The notes beneath the pieces are model-generated. The model was given only the letters and a program-made list of their open reading frames with translations. It was not told the DNA's origin and made no database searches. Positions 1 through 11,174 of a stretch of 64,000 nucleotides of DNA are shown here, one piece after another (positions within the stretch are counted from its first letter, which is position 1; each line of letters begins with the position of its first letter). The position numbers and the translations under genes are program-made. This stretch comes from Amoebophrya sp. A120 (lineage: Eukaryota > Protista > Dinoflagellata): positions 1,981,216 to 2,045,215 of the forward strand of contig CAJINV010000002.1 of assembly GCA_905178155.1 (NCBI GenBank). The letters are read 5' to 3'.

Positions 1-210
1 AAAGAAAGAATCGCCGGAAGCGGAAGACAGCTTCCCTCGGCGATGTGGAGCTGCGCGCGGCTTGGGCGGGCAAGCTTTGAACGCCGGCCATTCTCGCCTG
101 GCGCTGATTAATTAATTGATTAGCTGAGCAGCCAATTACTCAGCTAATCAATTGATATATTGTCTGCGTTTTATTTGTTTTCACAAAAAAACGCGAGTTT
201 GCGTGCGCCC

Positions 211-473
211 TACATCAAGTAATGCGCAAATCAATAGCTCACTTCTCAACAACTTCTCCACGCACTTCTCAACAGCTTCGCGACGAACTTCCCGACGCAC
301 TTCGCAGCAAGCTTTAAGCTTTTGGAGGCGTCATGCAAGAATTAGCGTGACGCCTCCAAAAGCTCAAAGCTTGCCGCAGAATGCGCCGGAATGTTCGTCG
401 CGAAGCTGGTAAGATGAAGTGCGTAGAGATGTTGTTGAGAAGTGAGTTATTGCTTTGTGCATTAATTGATGTA
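211..473. repeat. Long imperfect palindrome (foldback/MITE-like)
   Basis: Left arm tacatcaagtaatgcgcaaatcaatagctcacttctcaac...cttttggaggcgtca pairs with right arm tgacgcctccaaaag...gttgagaagtgagttattgctttgtgcattaattgatgta; centre ~342. Confidence 0.85.
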
Positions 474-744
474 ACGCGCCGCGCTTGCCGCAAAATGCGG
501 CGTCGGCGTGCTTTTTACGTGCGGCCACGAATCGAGGCCCGGGATATTCCTTCTGAGACGTCCTAGCCGGAAGCCTGTCAGGAGCTTCGCGTGGATTTCA
601 ACTCTGCGTCAAGCGTCGGAACAACCGCGGCAAGCGGTCTACGCCAACTTCTCAACAGCTGGGAAGTTGGTGAAAAGGTTGGGAAGAAGTTGATCATAAG
701 TTGTTGGGAAGTTGGTGAGAAGTTATATTCATGCCAGTAGCGGA

Positions 745-776
745 TTTATACGAGTACGATACTTTTGCACAGGATA
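745..776. mobile_element. Right TIR of a family-2 introner; left part interrupted or outside the window
   Basis: atttatacgagtacgatacttttgcacaggata is nearly identical to the right ends at 6337 and 20571; the gene A exon stops here. Confidence 0.75.
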
Positions 777-3700
777 TGCACGTACTGGTTCCATTTCGTT
801 TTTTTCTCGTACACGGAAGCAACTTTCACGTTCGGAAACTCGTTCCAATTTAAGGTGAATCCACAGTACGGCCCGAGTTTTTTCTTTCCCGGGAAAACCT
901 TCTTGTTGTTCAACAGCTCGTAGTCCTCTTCTGTGAAAAACGTGTACGCTATGAGAGTGCACAACTCCCCCTCCCCCTCATTTGTATAGCATGAGGAACA
1001 ACAGAAGCAATGCCAAAAATGTAGCCTTTGCATGAGAAATCCGTAAATGGAATGTAGTCCTATTTGGGGGTGCAAAACTTGTCATGCACAGAGTGCTTAA
1101 AGGCAAGCGCAAGGTGTGAGGTAGGTATTTTGCATGACAAATGAGGGGGAGGGGGAGTTGTGCACCGTCATATACGTCCACCCGATCCCGACCTTCTCGA
1201 TCAGTTTGTTGTTGTGAATCAAAGGGATCAAAGACCGCATAAACGGCGCGGGCTTTTGCGGAATGTTTGTGGCTACTTGCTGTGGTGACCCAGGTTGTTT
1301 CGGCGATAAAACAGGCGAAGACAGCGGTTGTTGCGGTCCTGTTTTCAGCATCTCGATTAAGTTTTGCAAACCGGAATTCTCCAAAACCTCCTCCCTTTCC
1401 GATTTCTTCCCGGCTAAGAGCCCGTTATTTTCCAAGAACTTCAGCGCTTCTAACTGTTGTAGATGAGTCGCTAGCAGTTCCTTCTTCCCCTCTAGACTCG
1501 GTCGGTGTTCCTGGGGTAAAACGGTTGTAGGGACTACCGTATTATTCTCCTTCTTTCGCATGTTTTGGAGGAAGTTGTCGCCGACATACTCCAGCAAGGC
1601 GCTGTTCATCGCGTAGAAGTCGTGCGGGACTTATCCACAAAAAAAGACCCGCCATCCCCATCCAGTTTCCCAGGCAAAACATGCATCAGAGCCAGTGCCT
1701 GCCATGCAAAAAATGGATGGGAATGGGTGTTTTTTCCTGGATAGAACTGGACGGGTTGGATCATCGTGGAGCTCAGGATGGTGGCCAAAGATGCGGTTGC
1801 CGAAGAAGCCTGGAGAGGTGGTACTGGAAGAACTTTGAGTTGCTGCTTGTCCTCTTGGGTCGGCACCATTTTTATCGCCTGGTAGCAACCCAAGAACTTC
1901 CTCCACGTCGTGAATGAAATTCTCTGCCGCAACTTCCACGTCGTAGACGAGACCCTCCTGGTTTTCTTGTCCTGCGGCGGAGTAGGCGTTAGACGCTGCA
2001 GCAACGGAAGTAGATCTTCCGCCACCTCGTTCCTTGAAACCCATCATGCCCTCCGGCATCCCCGACATCTTCATGTTTTTCATCAAGGAGGACTTGTTTG
2101 TTTCCTGGAAGTTTTATCCTGTGCAAAAGTATCGTCCTAGTATGAATTGTATATACAAATTCGCTCAGCATTACAAATTAAATCTGTAATGCGGATTTAC
2201 TTTGGCGACTAGATTTGTAATGCAGAAGTGCAATTACAATGAGTACGAGTACGATACTTTTGCGATGCATAAGTTCGCCGTCGTCGCCATAAACGTCACA
2301 TTCTTCGGCTTTTTCAAATCCGGAATGGCCGGGTCCTTCTCTGGTTTTTTGTCTCCGACCCCAACAGAATGCAAAAAGTTCGCCATGTTCGTGGTAAACC
2401 CGGCCATTGCCGCGTACTCATCCGCCTCGAGATCCTCCACAAACTCCGCCGCCGATTTTTCGAAGTCGAAGTCCTTGTGGAGATTGAAGGATTTCGCTTT
2501 GGCAATGTACTCCCTGTACGCGTTTCTCATCTCCTCATCCAAAACCGATTCCGGCACATTCATCTGCTCCTCCATGATACGCAACAAAGACAAATCGTGC
2601 TCATCCGGAACGTATCAACTGCAAATATGCCTGGCTCTGGTAGATTGCGAAACTTGTCATGCTAGTCTGCCATAACTCTGAACTCTGTATTGCGTGGCCG
2701 CGAAGTAGAGCTCCTCACTCTTGCCTGTCATACAAAAACGCAGTTTCTCATGCGGAGTACGCAACTCAGAACCACAGAAATAAAACTTGTCATGCTGGGC
2801 AGCGCATTACAATGTGCTCACTATTCCCTTCCTTGCATCACAAATTTATTCGAGACCCAGACATATTTCTTGCTGCACTGGATAGCACGTACCCCGGGTT
2901 CGTCGCGATTTTCCGCAGTGTTTCCTTCATGTCGTGCACTAAATCGGAGAGTTGATACAACCTGGAATAATTCTCAAGCCGGTTTTTCCGCAACGCCCAA
3001 TACTGGTTCTCCTTCTCCTGCTGCTTCGCGATCTCCAATTCCGATTTTACCCTTTCCTGCTCCGCTAAGATGTCCTGCTGCGCGTCGAATTCCGCTAGCA
3101 TCGACGCAGTGACGGTGCCGAGCTCGAACGCCTCCTCGATTTTTTTTCTTTCAATAATCCGGTTCATTTTCCTCGCCGTTTCCCCCAAGCCGTGGGAAAG
3201 TTTCACACCGGCGTTCTTCAGCGTGAAGTATGCAATGCAAAAGTTGTATCGCACTGAGTACAAATCGCATGACAAACTTTTCCATCATGAACAAAAACGA
3301 AATTTGAATTTTCCATGCTGGTTTGGGTAGATAATTGGATTTGTCATGCATGACTGGAATTATTACTACGAGTACGATCCTTCTTTCAATTCATATGAAA
3401 ACCGACATGTCGATCCCGTCTTTCCGAAACAGCACATCTTGCGGTGGAAGTTGGCCGCGGAAATCTTTACCTTTTTTACTGTGAAGCGCTTTCCGCTTCT
3501 GCAGGTACTTGATCAATGCGACGTCGTGGGCTAACAGATTTGCCCTCGCTTGCTGCGAGGATAAAGCGCTGTAGCCGAGAGTGTCGGATTTGGTCACAAC
3601 CGCGGTGATCGGGTCTCTATTTCGGGTTTTCTTTATTGTCCCACTTCCACCAGCGATCTTCGGGGATGAATCATCATCTGGTGCCGTTGCTCTCGGTGAT

Positions 3701-4946
3701 AAAACGCCGGCGACACCGCGGTAGGGGAAGGGGAGGTTATCGTAGTCAATCGGCGGGACCTGTTGCTCGATCGCGGTGTTGGGTGGTAGATCTTCCTGCT
3801 CGGCGAGGTTCACGGAAAGGATCGGGCTGGCTAAAGAGAATTTACCGTTAAACCGTTCCGCTCGGTCGCGCTCCCACCTGATAAAATTTTCGAAGCAACA
3901 TCATCAAAAGTTGTGATGCAGAACCACATGCGAGACAAAGACAGTAAGTAGAGTCTCAGTCTGTCATGCTGCATGCGAATTGTCTCAAATGACTTCCATA
4001 CTGTTCCAGCTGCTTGATGATCGCGGGTATCCGCATCAACGAATTCTGCTGCGCTTGTACTCTCGCTTCGTGCTTCGTCAACTTCTTGTCCAGCTCGTGC
4101 AACCGCACCGCCGCCGGCTTGACATGCAACCGATCATCCTCGTCAAACGCGTTTTTCAGCGCATTATTCACCGGCTTCGCCAAAATTTTCGGCCGCCCGG
4201 TAACCGGGTCGATCCCCCGGGATTCGAAGTGCGTGGCCTGCTCCTGGAGCTCGAAAAACTTCTGGATTTTCGGGTACAGATCCGCAGGACGCTGTCGGCG
4301 ACCGCGCTCTCCTCCTCGGCTTGTAGGCGACAAATCGAGTTCGAACTCGAAGAAGTTGCTGTCGTCCTCATTGACACTACTGGGGTCGAAGTCGTAACGC
4401 GGACCCGGTGGTGGGCCGATCCTCGAAGAGGAAGCAGGCGAGGTCGCTGTAGCTCCGTGGCCTTTTGTAAAAACGTTATCCCGTCGGTAGTAGGGGTCCA
4501 AGTCCCCGTGTTGGATCGCCGCAGCGAGGTCGGCGTTGTGGGACGAAGAGGCATGATCACCAGAACCGCCGCGGCTGCGCGCCTGGCCGTAGTTCTGTTT
4601 TGGCTCCACGTACCCTCTCGGTTTGTGTGCCGGTCCGTAGACCTGATCCGGGTGCTCGTCGTCCTCGTCATCTTCGTCTTATGCATTGCAAAAGTAGAAG
4701 TACTTCCCGTACCCGTAGTAACTGCGTTAATGCATCACAAATCTGGTTTCCGAGGGGATTCACAATGACAAATTCCATTTGATGTAAGTACTAGTCATGC
4801 TGACGAAATTTGTAATGCAAATCCAAATACCGCTACTGCTAGTACGATACTTTTGCATTGCATACATCTTCCTCTTCCAATTCTGCGAGAATTTGCTGTT
4901 CAGCGGACTGTGTGTTCCCGGAAAGGATGCCTTGAAGGAAGTTCAT
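777..4946 (-). CDS. Gene A, multi-exon hypothetical protein (3' end not recovered); starts MNFLQGILSG
   Basis: ATG at 4946. ORFs 3956-4609, 3391-3813, 2838-3275, 2234-2593, 1631-2086, 1097-1609 and 746-1075 join in frame after removing six TIR elements (each plus 5 nt) and one GT-AG intron (3878-4001). Confidence 0.8.
950..1172. mobile_element. Introner, family 4
   Basis: TIR tatgagagtgcacaactccccctccccctcatttg; TSD tacgc/tacgt; removing 228 nt gives ...GWTYTFF... Confidence 0.9.
1632..1743. mobile_element. Introner, family 5
   Basis: tatccacaaaaaaag...ttttttcctggata; TSD ggact/gaact; removing 117 nt keeps the frame. Confidence 0.85.
2115..2271. mobile_element. Introner, family 2
   Basis: tatcctgtgcaaaagtatcgt...acgatacttttgcgatgcata; TSD agttt/agttc. 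Confidence 0.9.
2613..2884. mobile_element. Introner, family 1 (diverged)
   Basis: tatcaactgcaaatatgcctggctctgg...gacccagacata...ggata; TSD gaacg/gcacg; removing 277 nt corrects the frame offset between the ORFs. Confidence 0.85.
3229..3395. mobile_element. Introner, family 2 (diverged)
   Basis: tatgcaatgcaaaag...acgagtacgatcc...tcata; TSD tgaag/tgaaa; frame restored. Confidence 0.8.
3878..4001 (-). other. Canonical GT-AG intron carrying introner-type motifs
   Basis: Minus strand gtatgg...ttttatcag; 124 nt restores the frame; contains ttgtgatgca and ctgtcatgct. Confidence 0.75.
4680..4864. mobile_element. Introner, family 2
   Basis: tatgcattgcaaaagta...tacttttgcattgcata; TSD cgtct/catct. 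Confidence 0.9.
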
Positions 4947-5596
4947 CTTGGTGTGGGTTTAAAAATACTTCGTGCTTTTGAAAAAAAGGAATTCAGCGTG
5001 TAGTTGGAAGGAACTATATTCTCAAAAAACTACTTGGGCTTGCAAATGCAATCAAACTTCCTGCAATGGCGCTCTGAGCTTCCTTGATTTAACAGGGATA
5101 GAAAAGACGAACAAACTACACACACGACGCAGACGCAGATGGAAGAGAACGCAGTGGCGCCATCGAGACAAAAAATCGAACGATGACAGCTCTCTCGTTT
5201 TCTCGACCAGGACCAAGCAGGTATAGCTCGCACAATTTGATGCAGTTTGGACTCTCCAACCCTGTCTCTCCGTGGTCTCTCTTCTACTGCTTCACAACTC
5301 AGGATGAACAGTAGAAAAAGTTGTTCTAATTATACTCCGAAACACATCTCGAAGGTGGCGAGAGGCGTTGATATTGATTAACAAAGCAGAAGCGGTGCAG
5401 CGTTGGAATGAGTGTAGTACAGCACCAAACAAAAACAAATTTTTCAAAGAGCGTCTCTCAAAAATTCTTGGCAAGCACGGACTGCGAGCGATTTTTTTCT
5501 TTCTCTATGGTTACATCAAAAAAATAAAAAATTGAGGGCTGCTTAGCTAGCCTCTTCAACAGCAGCTTTTATTTCCCGCTATAATCGCCAACATCA

Positions 5597-8500
5597 TCAG
5601 CACATCCCACAACACCTGGCCCTCCCTGCGACACTCCTTTCGTAGTGCTGCTTCGTCACCCTTTTCAGTGCCGTCTCCGCCATCCCGCGCCACACGAGAA
5701 AAACGAATTTATCCTTTTCCAGAAAGCTGACTTCGATCGACAACACCTTCTGCATTTGCTTCTGATTTTGGTACACATCCCACAATCCCGCAAGAGCGTG
5801 CGCCGCCGCAACGTCTTTATCAAAATGCCTGCCCCCGCTCCCGATCGCCGGCGCTCCCACCCGGATGATGTCTTGTTTCTTCGGTTGGTTCCTCGCTTTC
5901 TCCTCTTTACTCATCGCCTTCACCGTTTGGATACCGGTTTCCTGCTCTTGCCCGTCCGCACCGACGATGAATCTCGGACTCGGTTCTGGTGTTGGGAGTG
6001 GTGAAGGATCATTTGACGGCACTGGCGAATTTCTTGGGCTGGGCCTCGGTGATTTCGAATTTTTTCTTTCAACCACCGCCTGTCGGTTCGCTATTAACGA
6101 TTGTGATTCGATCTCCAGTAGCGCGTGCGTCATCACGCAGCGCCAAACCTTCCTGACCGACAACTTCGCTTCGTCCACCGTTTTCGCGTTATGCAGTGCA
6201 AAAGTATCGCACTCGTATAAATGCATTACAAATTTCCTCAGCATGAGAAATGAAATTTGTAATGCTACATTTTTGCCTTAAGAACAAGATTTGTAATGCA
6301 TGATTGCAATACGAGTACGATACTTTTGCACAGGATACGCGTAGTCTTCCGCGGATTTCTGAATCAGCCTTTTGTACATAAAATGCTCATCCGCGTTCCG
6401 TTTCATCTATGAAAGCCTCAGAATGGAAATCCTCAACGTGGAAATAATTTGTGATGCATGAAATGCGACGCGGGCGCGGCAAAAAAGACTGTATTGCAGA
6501 GGACGCAAAAATGAAGGCCGACTATTGCCCTTCTACGTGTCAAGAATTGGAGTGCTGATTTTTAGCACCAGAGGAGGGCACCCCTTTGCGTTAACCAGCA
6601 TGACAGGCATGCTTTGAGTGCAGCAAGAGAAATTTGTCATGCGCCGCCTAGAAGTGGCGCTTCAACTGGAATGCTTTTCTGCATTACAAACTATTTCCAC
6701 TTTGAGGATTTCCAACCTGAGGCTTTCATATCATCTTCAACAAATCCTCATCGGAAAACGGGAATCGCGGGACGTGGACGTGTAAGATGTACCGCGTTCT
6801 CAGTCCCGGGTGGTTCAACACGTAGGATAAATCGTGGTCCTTATCGTTATCCCGGCCTATCTGCTCGTGCACCTTCGTGTGGAAATTCACGCCAGTATGG
6901 ATGTGCCAGAGTTGAAATCGACAAAGTTGAAATAATATGTCATGCATAAAATGGATGCCAGTTGGAACCCAGTTTCCAAGTAGCGCATGACAAATCTCGG
7001 CGGTCCCTAAATCCAGTTTGTCATGCTGTTTAGGCAAAGAGGAGCGATTTTCTCATGCTACTTTAGCAGCTCGAGCTGTAACCCTAAACAGGCTTACAAT
7101 CGGCCTCACTTGCCTGCTCTGCAACACACGTGCCTCGGGTCATGCATTTTATGCATTACGGATTATTTCAACTTTGACGATTTCAAACCTGACGCTTCCA
7201 TAGCCAGAAATGTGCCCGTATTTTTCGTCATAGAGTAAGGATGAAGGCACTTCTATCCTGAGTAAAAACGTACCCACGCCAGAGTTGTAATGCAGATTTT
7301 TTTTTTTTTTTTTCATTGGGCCCCACGCCAGAGCTTCAGTTTCAGTTTCAGATTTGCGCTTTCCGGTCTATTTCCGCCGGGGGTTGCGCCGTGTACAGCA
7401 GGTCGACACTGCCAGGAAAATCGATGTGCGCGCCGCATTGGTCCATACAAAGCAAAACCCTAAACCCGTCGGAAACATAAATCCGCATGCATACAGGGGG
7501 GTCACCCCTGAACCCTTTCGAACTTGGACCGGACACACGCATGGAAAATCCCCACGATATAGTTAACGTCTATAGCCGTAAGCCGCGGCGGACGTTGCTA
7601 TGCTGTGGGACGAATAGCAAGGGGGGTCGATATGGGTCGAGACTAAGCGCGATGTGCAGAAAGCCGCTGCACCTGACGGTAGTAAAGATAGGGAGGAGAC
7701 CACTGCGTATGGAGATAGTTGCGCTTAGTGCGCGCTAATCGGGATCTGTGTAAACGCGGATACTGGGAACGCCCTATGCAAACGGGTTTTGCAAACCCGC
7801 GTTTGAAAAACCCAGCGGGAAACACGACCGAACCCCCGGCCATCGATGCATGGCGCGGAAAACATACAGAAACGAACCATGCGGGGTGCCCCCGCGACGA
7901 ACTTTTTTCGCGCGCTACTGTCCCCCGAAATAAACGGTCTGCTGATCTCAGATACTAGCCATAGGGTGCGACCAAGCCAAACGCCAATAATAGAAACCGC
8001 GCACCCTGACGAAGAACCTTTAGACGAAACCCGTAAGCCGCGGGCAATAAAGTTAATTTTTCAAAACTACTCCGGATGCATGTGCAGCTTCAGCCGATGG
8101 CGAACGGTTGGTCGCGATGAAATTTTCAATCTACGAAAAAAATATTTGTAAGTGGTCTCCTTTGGGGCGGGGCCGTTGAACCCACGATGAGGGGGGGCGG
8201 GGACCGTTGAGCCCCGGATTGTACCAGAGTTGTAATGCAGATTTGCAAAGACAGGAAGACTTGTAATGCGCATCCCCATGAGAGCCATTTCCAATCGTGT
8301 TTTGGAATTTGTGATGCTGTGAACAGGATGAGCAGATGAATCTGCGATGCGGCTGCACTTGCTAACCTGCACTACACTGCATAGTGCAACTTGTCATGCG
8401 TGACTCACAAAACTCCTAGGCTTGTGTTGCAGAATCCCCATCCTGACTCTGGTGTGGGTACGTTTTTACTCAGGATAACTTCGGTTTGCAACAACTCACC

Positions 8501-11174
8501 CGGCCGCAATCGGTACATGTCGTTGTACTTGTGGTAGCCGAATTCCCGCGCTTCGGGAAACGCTCTGTCATCATCGTCATCGAGAGAAGCGCGCTTCTTC
8601 TTCGCAGCAGCAGAAGAAGTTGTATCTGTGGTCGCAGCTGCACTGGTGGCGATTGATTCAAAAAATTTCGCCTGGGCGGAGGTTTTGGTCAAAGCATTGT
8701 CTCTTCCGCCGAAGAGGTTGAAGACAGACGAGGTTTTCCTCTGCAACTTCGGCTCATAGCCATTCGGATCCTCATCGACCATCTCCGGCGCGGTCGCGCG
8801 GTGCTTTCCCTCCGCGGCTAATTGCTTGTTCTGCAAGAAATTGCTTTGCACCGCAGAACTCGCTCCAAGAACGGAGGGCAAAGCTTGGGCTATCCAGGAA
8901 AAAAAGTGTGTAAGTGTAACTTTCTTTGAGAAACAGCATCACAAATTTGCTCTACATGACAGAGAAAACCTGTCATGCGTGGCTTGTAAGGGAAAACACA
9001 CACGAAAAGAGGACTTCGTGGCTGTCTGGCATGACAGGTGTAACTCTGTTGCATGTTCTGCAACACAAATTTACACTTACACAGTTTTATTTTTCTTGCA
9101 TATGGGCGGCTGGGTTTGTATTGCTCGTTCTCGGTTGCCCAGACCTATCAAATGTAAAAATGTCTGGGTCTGGAGGATTTCTTGACTTGTCATTCATATT
9201 TTCCATGACCCATGATGTCTGTGATGCATGCCGTAGCATCACAGATTTTGTGAGGGCTTCCTGATGCCTATACCGCATGACAAATGCTCTTTCCGTGTAG
9301 CAAAACTTGGACTATCTTTGCTGCTCATGCAAAAATACATATTTTTTTAGAATCCAAAATCAGCATGAGAAGTTCCATTCTTCCAGACCCAGACATTTTT
9401 ACATTTGATAAGACCTCTCACTGGACGACTGCTGGGAGCGTTCGGAACGATTGCTTGGAGTGCGAGAACGAATGGATCTTGGACTTGGAGTGAGTAATGT
9501 GCTTTCACTATCCTGAGTAAAAACGTCCCCACACCAGAGTTGTAATGCAGATTTGCAAAGACAGGAAGACTTGTAATGCACATCCCCATAAAAGCCGTTT
9601 CCAATCGTGTATTCGAATTTGTGATGCTGTGAAGAGGATGAGCAGATGAATCTGTGATGCGGCTGCACTTGCTAACCTGCACTACACTGCGGAGTGCAAC
9701 TTGTCATGCGTGACTCCCAAAACTCCTAGGTTTGTGTTGCAAAATCCCCATCCTGACTCTGGTGTGGGTACGTTTTTACTCAGGATATTCACCACCACCG
9801 CCGCCTTTCGGTGACCCGGAGATTCGCGGGGAACCCGCTGGCGATTTTGACGGGCCCCTTCGCGGCCCCTCGCCGGGAAGTGCCAGAGTCCCAGACCGTT
9901 TCTTCTGCGCAGAAAATCGCTTGTCTTCATTCACTCCGCCGGTCAGAACCCTTGTGTTGTCCTTGTACCTTGCAACCGCGTCGTTCAAATCCTGAGCGGC
10001 CCCACTGGCGTGCGACCCAGACGGGGTGTGGATCTCTCCTCTTGGTGATTTCGACACAGAGCGTTCTGTCGAGATTTGATGTGCTCGCTGATTCTGCTTC
10101 GATTGATGTGCTATCAAATGCAAAAATGTCTGGGTCTGAAATGTTGCTGGGTTTGTCATGCAGATTTTGAATGGCCCATGATGTCTGTGATGCATGCCCT
10201 AGCGTCACAGATTTTTAGAGGACTTTGTGACGCCTCTACCGCATGAGAAATGCCCTCTCCACGTAGCACAAACTGGAGTCCTTTTCCTGGTCATGCAATA
10301 CAAATTTTTTTAGAATCCAGAGACAGCATTACAAGTTTAGAATCGTCCAGACCCAGACATTTTTGCATTTGATATGTGCACCTCCCCCTCCTCCTCTGGG
10401 CGTCAATTTCGGTGCGGTTAAAGGCACGGGGGAGTTAAACCTCGGTTTCGACCGATCCACGATTTTTCCGAACTTATCCCGGAAAATCACGCTATCCAAA
10501 TTCTTCCTGGTCTGCCGGTTTTGCGCTTCGCGATGGCGATCCATCTGCTTCTTATCCTCGTCCTTACTCGTTTGCCGCATTTGCGCGACCAGCTCCATTT
10601 CGGGCTGATACCGGCCGTTGTCGAGTAATTGGTCTTCCGGCTCGTTGAGGGCTGCAACGGACGCGGTTCGCCGGATCATTGTGCCATCGGTAGCTTCCCC
10701 TGCGTGGCCAGCACCATTTGAATTTTGGCCTGCTTCACCAAACCCGAGCATCTTCTCCCGCATCCTCCTGTTCATCAGAGCTTGTTGGGTCAAAAGCATC
10801 AAATCGTCTTCCGCTTCAGCTCCAGCAGACAACAACCGGTTCCGCGCGATGCACATCTCATGTAAAGTTGCGTCAAACCCTCTGTGTTGCTCATCGCGCC
10901 AGCAGGAGGCGTGGCGAACCCCCTGGAGACAGGGGTTTGTGCTGGTTACCAAGTAATCCCCGTCGAAATCCCGGAGGTCGTGGTTTAGTTTTAAAACGAG
11001 GAACATTTTGAGATTCTGCTTTTGGTCCTTCTTCTTGTTGCTTTCTCCCGTGCTATTGTTTCCATGGCTATCGAGTTCGTGTTGCTCTTGCAGATGCCGG
11101 GTCGCGCGGCCGCCAAGTGCGGAGAACTCGAAGTAGACGTATTGGTCCTTGCCTTTAGATGAATTCGCGGACAT
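5597..11174 (-). CDS. Gene B, 9-exon hypothetical protein (MSANSSKGKDQYVYFEF...RCCGMC)
   Basis: ATG at 11174, stop at 5597. All 9 exons are in frame after removing 8 TIR elements plus one TSD each; checked exon by exon, including small exons EVPSSLLYDEKYGHISG and MKRNADEHFMYKRLIQKSAEDYA. Confidence 0.85.
6190..6337. mobile_element. Introner, family 2
   Basis: tatgcagtgcaaaagtatcg...cgatacttttgcacaggata; perfect TSD cgcgt. Confidence 0.95.
6408..6730. mobile_element. Introner, family 7
   Basis: Long TIR tatgaaagcctcagaatggaaatcctcaacgtggaaata; perfect TSD tcatc. Confidence 0.95.
6896..7202. mobile_element. Introner, family 7-related
   Basis: tatggatgtgccagagttgaaatcgacaaagttgaaataat...attatttcaactttgacgatttcaaacctgacgcttccata; perfect TSD gccag. 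Confidence 0.9.
7254..8477. mobile_element. Introner, family 3, with nested retro-insertion
   Basis: TIR tatcctgagtaaaaacgtacccac; perfect TSD acttc; colinear with the intact copy 9509-9787 apart from the insert. Confidence 0.92.
7297..8223 (-). mobile_element. Non-coding poly(A)-tailed retroposon (SINE-like)
   Basis: T17 at 7297-7313; 21-bp TSD ccagagttgtaatgcagattt at 7279-7299 and 8224-8244; (ctgaaa)n repeats before the tail; no credible ORF. Confidence 0.85.
8891..9102. mobile_element. Introner, family 6
   Basis: tatccaggaaaaaaagtgtgtaagtgtaa...ttacacttacacag...tcttgcata; perfect TSD tgggc. Confidence 0.92.
9146..9410. mobile_element. Introner, family 1
   Basis: Perfect TIR tatcaaatgtaaaaatgtctgggtctgga; perfect TSD agacc. 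Confidence 0.96.
9509..9787. mobile_element. Introner, family 3
   Basis: TIR tatcctgagtaaaaacgt; perfect TSD ttcac. Confidence 0.96.
10112..10374. mobile_element. Introner, family 1
   Basis: TIR tatcaaatgcaaaaatgtctgggtctg; perfect TSD tgtgc. Confidence 0.96.

Noticed and set aside
950-2271. All introns being multiples of three
   Set aside because: True for the first three, but many others (277, 172, 190, 284 nt) are not.
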